The notes beneath the pieces are model-generated. The model worked only from the letters and a program-made list of their open reading frames with translations, did no database searches and was not told where the DNA came from. Positions 32,335 through 41,599 of a stretch of DNA of 64,000 bases are shown in pieces. Within the stretch, counting starts at the first letter, position 1. Each line of letters opens with the position of its first letter. A program made the position numbers and the translations under genes. The stretch lies in the NCBI RefSeq assembly GCF_056746865.1, contig NZ_CM163382.1; one strand, given 5' to 3'.

Positions 32335-34068
32335 AAAAGTGGCTCTTCCTCAACCTAGGTGAAGATTTTCATGCCAGTGGACTCATTACCCTCCGCCTAA
32401 GTAGTTCAAGTCCGGCTCGACCATACATCTGGCGTATCAGCACCTTCAGGCGATTTACATGACCTTCGACAACACCAGTACTCCAGCGACTGCTGATTGC
32501 CTCACATATAGCCGCAGCATCAGCTTCCATCCCCGCAGCTACGCACCGAAGTTCTGCTGAGCCGCTTTCGTGGACCCGAGTGAACCAGCTGCTTAGCTGT
32601 GATTTATTTTAGGTTTTCAGAATACGGTAGAACTCGAGTACCAGTTGCTGCGCTATTTTCAACTCCGGTTCTTTTTCACACATCAGACTAATAAATCGGA
32701 AAGCATAATTTTCTTCACCCCTGATTATTCTCCAGGGCATCAACCAGCGGCTTACCCGTGACACTGAAGGAAGTCTTGCGGCAGTAGTAACCGGTGGGAT
32801 CCAGCCTTTATGCCATTTGGCAACAGCATCCCTGACGATGGTTTCACTGCCTGTAACCCCCCTGGCCACCATTTCCCGCCATATCCGGCCGGAGTTATAA
32901 TTACCACATTCTCGTTGCTCTTTTAACCACTCCCTCCATGGGTCCAGAAGCCCTCGCTTTGGAGGCCTGGTTGACATTTCAGGGAATGTTCCTGAACCCA
33001 CCCAGCGACTGACTGTCACTCGCGACAGGCCTGTAATACGGGATATTTCCCTGAAACTACATCCCTTGTTATGCAGGGCCATAACCTCTGTCCAACGCTG
33101 ATGCCGTTTTTTGCGGATGTGCTGTTTAAGGCGTTCCAGACGACGGAGCGATGCTACAGGCACAGATATTTCTGGCTCAGGTGATTTCTTCAGTGATAAC
33201 TCTCTGACAACAAGACGTATCAGAGGCATATGTCTGTACATCATTCGTTCAGGCTCATCACCAATATTTTTTAGCAGGTGCCATCGATCGGCCACCTGTC
33301 TGGCCTGAGGTGCACCTTCACGTGCTGCTGTCGCATAGACTCCACTGCGATCACGCGAGACAACCTGTATTTCCGGATATTTTCTGAACCAGGTCGCCAG
33401 CGTACGCTGATCACGGCCGGGAAGCAGGACGAGGGGACGGTGAGTATCAGGATTGACTATTAACATACCGCAGCAGTGGCCCCGATGCCACGCCCACTCA
33501 TCAATACCGACATGAGGCGCGCCTGACTGTTTCGTCTCCGGGGTATTGATAAGCCTGCGAAGAAGAGTATCAGCACTGCAACGGAGACCCACTGCCGTTG
33601 CAGCCCGTTTTCCAGCCTCACCTCCAGCTATTAATCCCAGTTGACGTTGTTAATTTTGTAACGCCTGTGAAGACTGCTGGTGTGAACTGGCGAAGGGAGC
33701 AAGCGACTCGGCAAAAATTTTACGTGAACAAGCCGGGTTACGGCAGTACCAGTGGCGGACGGAAAATACAAGCCATAGCGTCTGCCCTGAGCAGGGTAGA
33801 TGCTGTATCCGGCGCCGACGACAACTATGAACAGAGTCGCTACGCTTAAAGCATTCAGGACATTGTGCTGTTTTGCGTTTTCCGTGGAGATGGAGGGTTA
33901 TACCGTCAGAGCTAATAATTTGTCGACTGCATCGCCATCCGCAAGGTAACTGTAGAAGTGTCTTAAGAGAGTGCATTGCGTTGCCCATAACTTAAAACAG
34001 CTTAGATCCTTGTTCGCCAGAAAGTTTCATCCATTTTCTTCCACCCAGGTTGCGGAAGAACCACTTTT
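32335..34068 (-). mobile_element. ISL3-family insertion sequence (about 1734 bp), decayed
   Basis: Imperfect terminal inverted repeats: AAAAGTGGCTCTTCCTCAACCTAGGTG (32335 onward) versus AAAAGTGGTTCTTCCGCAACCTGGGTG (complement of 34068 downward). The flanks AACAGTGC and CATCCGTC differ, so there is no target duplication. Confidence 0.75.
32369..33988 (-). pseudogene. ISL3 transposase broken into at least three frames
   Basis: An N-terminal zinc-finger piece lies at 33650-33988 (CPECFKRSDSVHS). The DDE core lies at 32609-33592. The C-terminal piece ...STGVVEGHVNRLKVLIRQMYGRAGLELLRRRVMSPLA* ends at 32369. Confidence 0.8.
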
Positions 34069-34271
34069 CATCCGTCGTTGACAGATGTGAAGTATGCGGG
34101 AGAAAAAGTGAATATCTAACTGTAATAACTCAGACCGGTACGAGTACTCGGGACGTCTACAATCATTCAGGGCAAAGTGCTAAAATTTCTCTATCCCGGG
34201 ATGCCCCTACCAACGCAGCACTCCCGGAGATATCATTACAGCTCTGCAACTGATTTCCGCGACTGAACCGC

Positions 34272-34679
34272 TCAGTTCCTATCCTTCCAGTTGCCCTCCT
34301 GCCCCCCCTCCCTGCTGTATACCCCGGTACCACAACTCGGGCAGCACTTTTCCCCCTCATAATTTTCGTCACACATCACACAAAACCACTTTCTCACCTT
34401 CACCGTATAATCCGGAACCGTCATACCCTGCAGATGCAAACGACGGGCCTCTTTCTCTGCCGGGTCAAGCCAGGTGCATCGCAGCAGGATTTTCTCAGCG
34501 ACAGTCATCTGGTCATGTTCAAACCACGGTGGTTGTCCGTCATTGCCCCGCTGAAGTGTTAACGGGCATCCACAGGACACACAGCACAAAACGTCCTGGC
34601 GGTTGTGCTTCGCTGCTTCTTTCGCCGTAACAAAATGGCCTTTGCTGTCATTCGCCATATAACAGTTCAGAATTCGCAT
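34272..34679 (-). CDS. Zinc-ribbon protein, paralog B (135 aa)
   Basis: The ATG at 34679 is preceded by AGGAGG. Motifs are CVSC...PPWFEH...C and WFCVMC...YEGEKCCPSCGTG. Confidence 0.65.
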   Translation of the reverse strand: MRILNCYMANDSKGHFVTAKEAAKHNRQDVLCCVSCGCPLTLQRGNDGQPPWFEHDQMTVAEKILLRCTWLDPAEKEARRLHLQGMTVPDYTVKVRKWFCVMCDENYEGEKCCPSCGTGVYSREGGQEGNWKDRN

Positions 34680-35074
34680 ATTTCCTCCTGAGTTGTCCGG
34701 GGAATACTGAATCCTCCGGTCTGGCAGTGTGTGCAGTACCGCTCCCCATAATAATCGTGGTGACATTGTCTGCAGTGCCAGCTGGCTTTACGCACCACGG
34801 GTAAGGCATCCGGTACGAATTGCTGCAGACGTTTAATCAACTGTATTTCTCTGCGCTCCGGCCTGACATAAGGGCACTGTTGACCGTGCTCTGTCAGCCT
34901 GTCGTCAGTGTGTTCAAACCAGGGAAGTTCAGTGTCGTATTGCGGATGGTATCTGAGTGCACTGCCACACAAGTGGCAGGTGTAGTTAGCATAAGGTGCG
35001 GCCTGTGCAGTACGGGCGCCCGTCAGACGTCCGTTGCCATCAAGAGCGATAAAGGATTTTGCGTACATAGTCAT
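34667..35074 (-). CDS. Zinc-ribbon protein, paralog A (135 aa)
   Basis: Motifs are CHLC...LPWFEH...C and WHCRQC...YYGERYCTHCQTG. Its 3' end overlaps the start of paralog B by 13 nt. Confidence 0.65.
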   Translation of the reverse strand: MTMYAKSFIALDGNGRLTGARTAQAAPYANYTCHLCGSALRYHPQYDTELPWFEHTDDRLTEHGQQCPYVRPERREIQLIKRLQQFVPDALPVVRKASWHCRQCHHDYYGERYCTHCQTGGFSIPRTTQEEICEF

Positions 35075-35327
35075 ATTCCTCAGCCGCCAGACGACACGCA
35101 GGCAACAGCCGTCCCGGTACGGGCAGCGTGGTCAGGGTGTGAATGGCGGTTCAGTTAAAATCTGGACTGGAGTTTGGGTAAAGCAGGCTGGTTGCTGTTA
35201 CAGCACTGTGGTTGTCACACAATGGAACACTGACGTAAAAAACAGTCAGTGGGCGAGTGGATACATCGTTGCCGCCAGACAACAACCCATACTTTTGGTT
35301 TGCCGGGTATTGGCGCGCCAGTCGTGC

Positions 35328-35897
35328 TCAACTCCGGCTACAGCCAAAATTGCGCTCACCGGTGCAGTGAGCTTTGGTATGTTCCTTCGCCAGATAGTCA
35401 GCACGTTCCAGCACCTGCTGAAAGCCAGTGTCATCATCGCGTTCCAGCCACACCGCCGGCCAGGCCGGGAAATGCACCAGCGTGGCATGGCACCCGACAT
35501 CCACTCCCAGGGCACTGCACCACGCCTGTTTAATCATCCCGGCCAGTGATCCCGGAGCACGGTAATCACCGGCACGACACCAGGTATCCCGGTTAACCAG
35601 CAGCATCAGGTGATAGTGTTTTTTACCTTTGCACTCCCCAAACTCCCGGGCCCAGACGTAATGCAGGGTTGTGGGATGCACGCGTTTACCTTCCCGATGC
35701 TTACGTTTCTGGTAAGCGTCGATTCGGGCTTTCAGGGCATTGATGAAGCGGGATATCACAGCTGCGTCCGTTGCTGCCGGTACATCCGGGAAACGCAGGT
35801 CAACCCGCAATGCCGTCAGGCGGGGATGAACATTCAGTGCGTGCCGCACCGTCTCACGAATACGTTGCTGCCAGAAGGGGTTGTATTTGTAGGTCAT
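35328..35897 (-). CDS. YfjJ/YagK-family (inovirus Gp2-type) protein, about 189 aa
   Basis: MTYKYNPFWQQRIRETVRHALNVHPRLTALRVDLRFPD...KKHYHLMLLVN is typical of the family found in CP4-57/CP4-6-type islands. Start chosen at the Met with the RBS GGAGAT. Confidence 0.7.
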   Translation of the reverse strand: MTYKYNPFWQQRIRETVRHALNVHPRLTALRVDLRFPDVPAATDAAVISRFINALKARIDAYQKRKHREGKRVHPTTLHYVWAREFGECKGKKHYHLMLLVNRDTWCRAGDYRAPGSLAGMIKQAWCSALGVDVGCHATLVHFPAWPAVWLERDDDTGFQQVLERADYLAKEHTKAHCTGERNFGCSRS

Positions 35898-36096
35898 GGT
35901 TAAATCTCCGTATGGTTCATACGGAATAGCCACGTCGTAAAAAATGCGCAGAGTCCCTGAAGTGACCTCCGGCAGGACACTGTCTCAGGCACTCTGTGAT
36001 AACCCGAACGGTCGTCTCCGGACTGACGGTTGAATTTTCAGCGTTGTTTTTTTAATGTAAAAAACCGGTTACGGGTAAGGCTGTGAGGAGGGAGTG

Positions 36097-36297
36097 ATGG
36101 TGATACGCAAAAAGAAGTGCAGGGACTGTGGAAACGCGATTACTCATAATACAGTGTGTTGCCCGTATTGTGGTTCTGTCGACCCCTTCGGCTATTACCG
36201 GAATACAGACCGTATCGTTACCATACTGCTGGCACTGATTATTGTGGTCCTGCTGACTACTGTCAGCGTCAGTGTGTATATACTGTGTAGCTGGTGA
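36097..36297 (+). CDS. Small zinc-ribbon protein with C-terminal TM helix (66 aa)
   Basis: CRDCGN...CCPYCGS is followed by IVTILLALIIVVLLTTVSVSVYIL. An RBS GAGGAGGGA lies upstream. Confidence 0.5.
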   Translation: MVIRKKKCRDCGNAITHNTVCCPYCGSVDPFGYYRNTDRIVTILLALIIVVLLTTVSVSVYILCSW

Positions 36298-37248
36298 GAT
36301 AACGGTTCATGTATCCCCTGAGCTGACAGTGTACCGGGTATATTAAGCGTAACCGACAGGTTCTCCTTCATACCATATTAAATTTTTCCAGGTATTGCCG
36401 CTGCCTTATTTCGTCCCATACAGGAAAACTCGTCTGGGTTTCTGACAAATACGCGAAACTCACAGCCCCTCAATATCAACCACACGCTGTAAGCCGGTAA
36501 TACCTGAAAATCAGCCTATTACCGCCCGCGCCTCCGTTACCGAACGCTCAGGTGACCAGACTGAAGCCCAGCACGCACTCGTAAAATTTGCGGTCAGTTC
36601 CGTCAGTCAGTGGGCAACCGCAGAGTTACGGGCTTCCAGGTCCACAGGAGTGAGTCTATAACGCGTGTGGGAAATCATTTTTTCTGGCGTTGACAGAACG
36701 CCTTACGGGCTGCTACTTACCCGGTGTCCCGCAATACAGCCTTAGTGTTCCGTTATCGGGGATCCGGACGCACCGCAACAACCGGGGAAGTATTTCTGGT
36801 TAGAGCTGTGTCAAGAGGGATTTCTCAGCCCCTCACTCACCGGCTCAGTCTCAGGGCAGAAGCATTAATACACTCAGTTCATGTCTTATACAGGAATGGG
36901 CATAGGGGGAGCTGGCGTGTCACTGCTGATTTTACGCATCAGCGTTCATGTATCTGCACTCTGATACAGAATGCTTCACAGCGCTCTGTTACCGGAGAGA
37001 TTTACTCTCTTAGGTTATTCTGGCAAATCCTTTACGTTACTCTCTGATGACTTCTTATATTTATAATACCAATCAGACAACCTTATCCCATCGGTGATAT
37101 CAGTCTCCTGCTCGCCAGGAACGGGCTGACTCACTGTAACCACCTCCGAAAACAACTCTGCAATTATCAGAACGCCTGCTTCTCTCCCTGTCCTCACGAA
37201 AACTATCCCCTCTTTATCGCGCGTGCGTGCGGAAGCATCTTTTCGCAA

Positions 37249-37259
37249 CCCCCCCCCCC
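37249..37259. repeat. Homopolymeric C11 tract
   Basis: Eleven consecutive C residues, 165 bp upstream of the alpA-like start codon. Confidence 0.95.
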
Positions 37260-37423
37260 GGGATTCCGCTACGGCTCTGCCATCGCAATCCCCCCGTTTA
37301 TCTCCGGACAGCCACATTCCCGATTATTTTTTACGTTTCTCCCCGGTTGTTATGCCGGTGAAGGTGGCGCGCTGTTTTCATGACCACACCGGCTGGTTTA
37401 ACAACATCCGGAGGAACATTCTC

Positions 37424-37630
37424 ATGGCTACCCCAGTTTCGCTGATGGATGACCAGATGGTCGACATGGCGTTTATCACTCAACTGACCGGCCTTACCGA
37501 TAAGTGGTTTGACAAACTCATCAAAGATGGGGGCTTTCCTGCGCCCATCAAAATGGGGCGCAGCTCCCGCTGGCTGAAAAGTGAAGTGGAAGCCTGGCTG
37601 CAGGCGCGTATTGCACAGTCCCGTCTGTAA
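37424..37630 (+). CDS. alpA: AlpA-family (prophage CP4-57 regulatory) DNA-binding protein, 68 aa
   Basis: MATPVSLMDDQMVDMAFITQLTGLTDKWFDKLIKDGGFPAPIKMGRSSRWLKSEVEAWL. An RBS GGAGGA lies upstream. Confidence 0.8.
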   Translation: MATPVSLMDDQMVDMAFITQLTGLTDKWFDKLIKDGGFPAPIKMGRSSRWLKSEVEAWLQARIAQSRL

Positions 37631-37708
37631 TTTTTAACCACTAACCCTTCGCCCACAGCAGACGCAATCTCCGGCCTGCCGGCGGCGCTCTGCTGCCTGT
37701 TATCCCCC

Positions 37709-38326
37709 GTGAGGAATATGAAAATGAAACAACAGTATCAGACCCGTTACGAGCTGCTCCATGAAAACTACCAGAAATGGCTGACCGGCTTCACCCGGCA
37801 CGCCGTATCATGGGGCGTGTGTCATCCGAATATCTACTATTTCCATAATCTGACGCCCGGGTGGGTGTCATTCAATGGCGAAAAACCGGAGATTGCCATC
37901 GTTCCCCAGAGTCTGCACCGGCTGATTTATGGTCCGGACAAACGGAGCTCCCCGTCCCTGGATGATGATCTGGTGGTGAATTTATGCACCAGCGAACACC
38001 TGCTGGTTCATCATCCGATGCTGGAAGGGATCCTGCTGTCTGAATGTGAGCGCCTGAAGCAACATTCTCTGGCAAACAAACTGATCAGCCTCTTCCGTCA
38101 GTTTGGCGGCACGGAGTTACGTCTCAAACTGGTCTGGCTCTGCTGGCTTGACTTAATGACCGGAAACAGCCTTGACGACTGGACGAAAAACCTGAAACAC
38201 AAATCAGAAAAAGATCTGGAGCAATGGATCATTGCACGTCAGGGTCAGAGTGAACCACTGACAAATCTGATGGATCAGTACGTGCTTATGGCATACCGTA
38301 CATCGGTTGATGCCGCTCACAGTTGA
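37709..38326 (+). CDS. Hypothetical protein downstream of alpA (about 200 aa; start uncertain among 37709, 37718 and 37724)
   Basis: Intact ORF co-oriented with alpA. No motif recognised. Confidence 0.5.
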   Translation: MRNMKMKQQYQTRYELLHENYQKWLTGFTRHAVSWGVCHPNIYYFHNLTPGWVSFNGEKPEIAIVPQSLHRLIYGPDKRSSPSLDDDLVVNLCTSEHLLVHHPMLEGILLSECERLKQHSLANKLISLFRQFGGTELRLKLVWLCWLDLMTGNSLDDWTKNLKHKSEKDLEQWIIARQGQSEPLTNLMDQYVLMAYRTSVDAAHS

Positions 38327-39285
38327 TGTCTGAGAACCACAGGGCTGGCAGCAGAAAACCAGCCCTGTGGTAAAATACAGTAATAGCGGCGTACATCAGG
38401 CACGCCGCTCACTCGTCCACAGATCATATACGTCATTATACTGCGCGATAACGGAGGGCTTCAGCACCCGGTCATTTCTGAGCGGGTATGAATACCATTG
38501 ATGATGCGAAGCAGCCACGGGCAGAAACGTTCTTCACAACCAGGTGCCTCCATCTTCACTGCAGTCTGAATGTGCCGGCTTGTTATCCACCAGAAATGGT
38601 ATGCTCCGGTACATGCATACCCCGGAGACTATAAACGCACTGAATCATAGCCTCCCACCTCAGCAGGAGGCAGTCAGCTTTCAGGCGGAAAAACGTTGCA
38701 GTTAAAGATCGTGAGAATCGCTGTTTCGTTGCATAGCAACCCGAACAGTTGTAGTGAAACATTTTACCTGCATCAGCACATGGTCAGGCGCCGTCTGTAT
38801 GGCGTGGAATACTGATGTTTCGGCTGATGGCAAGCCTCATTCTCTGTGGAAACAGGGGCGCGCATTAGCTTCTCAACCAAGAGAGTGTCACAAAGACAAA
38901 TATTGCTGAAAATCGCATTCATCGTTCAGGCGTGAATGCCCGGAGACAAAAGCCGCTGTCCACACAGTCCCCCTCTGACCTGAACAAAAAGCATACACAC
39001 AACAGGCTCACCTGACCCCGAAAAACCATAACTTCAGCAATACCAGTGACACCAGCACGTTACCTCAGTGCCACATCTTCAGACCGCGATCAATCTGAAA
39101 TGTGACTATCGGGGCAATATCCCTGCTTTGTGGTACACGATAACCAGAAAACATCCCCTGAACCGCCAGCCAGAAAGACTGGCCACAAAAGGGGTAAGCT
39201 GAAATCGTTTATGGATTACATCGACATATGCCTGGCAGAGAATGGTAAGCGTGCAGTGAGAACCGTATTGACGAAGTGAAGCTGG

Positions 39286-40822
39286 TCAGGCGGGCAGAGT
39301 AACCCGCCACGGGAGCAGAGCACCCACCCGGTTCACAGGCCAGTCGGCGATGACATCAAGTACATGATGCAGATAGCGTTCCGGATCCACGCCGTTTAAT
39401 TTGCACGTCCCGATAAGACTGTACAGTGACGCACCGCGCTCACCACCATGATCCGAGCCGAAGAACAGCCAGTTTTTTCTCCCCAGACTGACCAGTCGTA
39501 GGGCGTTTTCGGCAATGTTATTATCCACCTCCACCCAGCCATCTTCTGCATAGCGGGTCAGCGCCGGCCACTGGTTCAGCGCATACCCGAACGCCTTCGC
39601 CAGTTCTGAGTGCCTTGAGAGGGTTTTCTGTTTCTCCCGCAGCCACCCCTCCAGTGACGCCAGCAGCGGCAGCACTTTTTGGTGCCGGACTGCCTGCCGT
39701 TCCTCTGCTCTTTTACCTCTGAGCTCCGACTCGATGGCATACAGCTCGCCGATCCGTTTCAGCGCCTCCTCCGTCAGGGCTGACGGGGTACGGACGTGAA
39801 CATCGTGGATTTTTCGGCGGGCATGGGCCCAGCACGCGGCTTCCTTTATATGGCCGTCGCGGTAGAGCTCGTTGAACCCGGCGTAGGCATCAGCCTGCAG
39901 TACGCCACTGAAGCCTGCAAGATGGGTCTGAGGGTGGATACCTTTTCTGTCCGGGCTGTAAGCGAACCACACTGCGGGGGCCAGCGCTGATCCGGCGTTG
40001 CGGTCGTCTCGAACGTACGTCCATAAGCGCCCGGTCTTCGTCTTCTTATTGCCCGGCAACAGCACCGGGACAGGCATATCGTCAGCATGGAGTTTGCCGT
40101 CGGTCAGGACATAGTGCTGAAGGGCTTCATCCAGCGGTGCCAGCAGACGACAACACGCATCCACCCAGCCCGACAGTACAGAACGACTCAACACTACACC
40201 CTGGCGGGCATAGATCTCCGACTGGCGATACAGCGGTATGTGCTCTGCATACTTTGAGGTCAGCACTCGGGCCAGCAGCCCCGGTCCGGCGATCCCCCGT
40301 TCGATGGGGCGCGAAGGAGCCGGGGCCTGAACGATGCGATCGCACCGACGGCAGGCATGCTTTTCACGGACTGTCCGGATAACCCGGAAGGCGCTGCGCA
40401 TCAGCTCCAGCTGTTCGGCGGCATCCTCACCCAGGTAACTCAGCGAACCACCGCACTCCGGGCAACACGGCTCAGTCGGCAGCAGCCGCTTCTCATCCCG
40501 TGGGAGTGACTCAGGGAACGGTTTGCGGGTGCGGGTCTGACGCAGCGGGCGCTGCACTGCCGGGTCATCCACCCGGCCGGTCAGCGTATCGCTTTCCTGC
40601 TGCAGCAGGTTCAGGTCAGCTTCCATTTGCGCGATACGGCGGGATACCTTTTCGGAACGACTGCCGAAGTTCATCCGGCGCAGCTTATCCAGTTGCGCCT
40701 GCAGATGGTCTATTTCGCGTTCCCGGTTGCTCAGCTTTTCCTGCAGGGCGTGGATCAACGCTTCCTGGTTCGGCCAGGCGCTGTTTCAGCAGAAGGATGT
40801 CGTCAGAAGAGGTGTCGTTCAT
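39286..40822 (-). pseudogene. IS66 transposase (TnpC) with an N-terminal frameshift
   Basis: The main ORF 39286-40758 starts ...IHALQEKLSNREREIDHLQAQLDKLRRMNFGSRSEK. The natural start MNDTSSDDILLLKQRLAE (ATG at 40822) is in another frame. A single-base indel near 40768 separates the two. Confidence 0.75.
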
Positions 40823-40871
40823 AAGCCTGTATTTTACCAGGCTTATTCTGCGACAACCAGGATAAAGAGCG

Positions 40872-41219
40872 CTACAACATGGTCAGGGATGTCAGTAACC
40901 GCTTTGGCTGTCGCCAGTCGATACCTTCCATCAGCATCGCCAGTTGCGCCGGCGTCAGGAACACTTTGCCATCGCGGGCTGAGGGCCAGGCGAAGCGACC
41001 ACGTTCTAGTCGCTTTGTCAGCAGGCACAGACCATCGCCGGTGGACCAGAGCAGTTTTACCTGACTGCCGCTGCGTCCCCGGAAGATGAAGACGTGGCCG
41101 GACATCGGGTCATCTTTCAGCGCGGTCTGCACCTTTGCGGCGAGGCCATTGAAGCCGTTGCGCATATCGGTGATACCGGCAACCAGCCAGATTTTTGTGC
41201 CTGCGGGAAGATTTATCAT
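40872..41219 (-). CDS. IS66 OrfB (TnpB), 115 aa
   Basis: MINLPAGTKIWLVAGITDMRNGFNGLAAKVQTALKDDPMSGHVFIFRGRSG... Confidence 0.9.
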   Translation of the reverse strand: MINLPAGTKIWLVAGITDMRNGFNGLAAKVQTALKDDPMSGHVFIFRGRSGSQVKLLWSTGDGLCLLTKRLERGRFAWPSARDGKVFLTPAQLAMLMEGIDWRQPKRLLTSLTML

Positions 41220-41599
41220 ACAGGCCCCCGCATCAGTTCGCGCAGGACAGTGCTCATGAGTTCAGCAGAGGGATGAGTCAGTGTTATTTCTCCTCCCCGA
41301 CATTTTATGTGGCAGGTAGCGGGAGGAGAGCAGGATGGTAGTTCGAAGGTTGGGAGAGAAGAGCCCGCCTGAAGCTGCACGGGTATCAGGGCAGGAAGCG
41401 ACGATGAGTTTTTTCGGGGCCGACAGACCCGCCCTTCACGCTGCCAGAGCCTTATCCATTTAAAGAGCAGGTTATCATTGACGTCATGTTTCCGGGCCAG
41501 TGCGGCAATACTGCCTTCTTCTTCAAGAGCCAGCCTGACCAGTTCCATTTTGAATTCAGGGGAATAGTGTTTCCGGGGAAGTCTTTCTTTAGCGCGCAT
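41216..41599 (-). CDS. IS66 OrfA (TnpA, HTH), 127 aa
   Basis: MRAKERLPRKHYSPEFKMELVRLALEEEGSIAALARKHDVNDNLLFKWIRLWQREG. It has a 4-nt overlap with orfB. Confidence 0.85.
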   Translation of the reverse strand: MRAKERLPRKHYSPEFKMELVRLALEEEGSIAALARKHDVNDNLLFKWIRLWQREGRVCRPRKNSSSLPALIPVQLQAGSSLPTFELPSCSPPATCHIKCRGGEITLTHPSAELMSTVLRELMRGPV

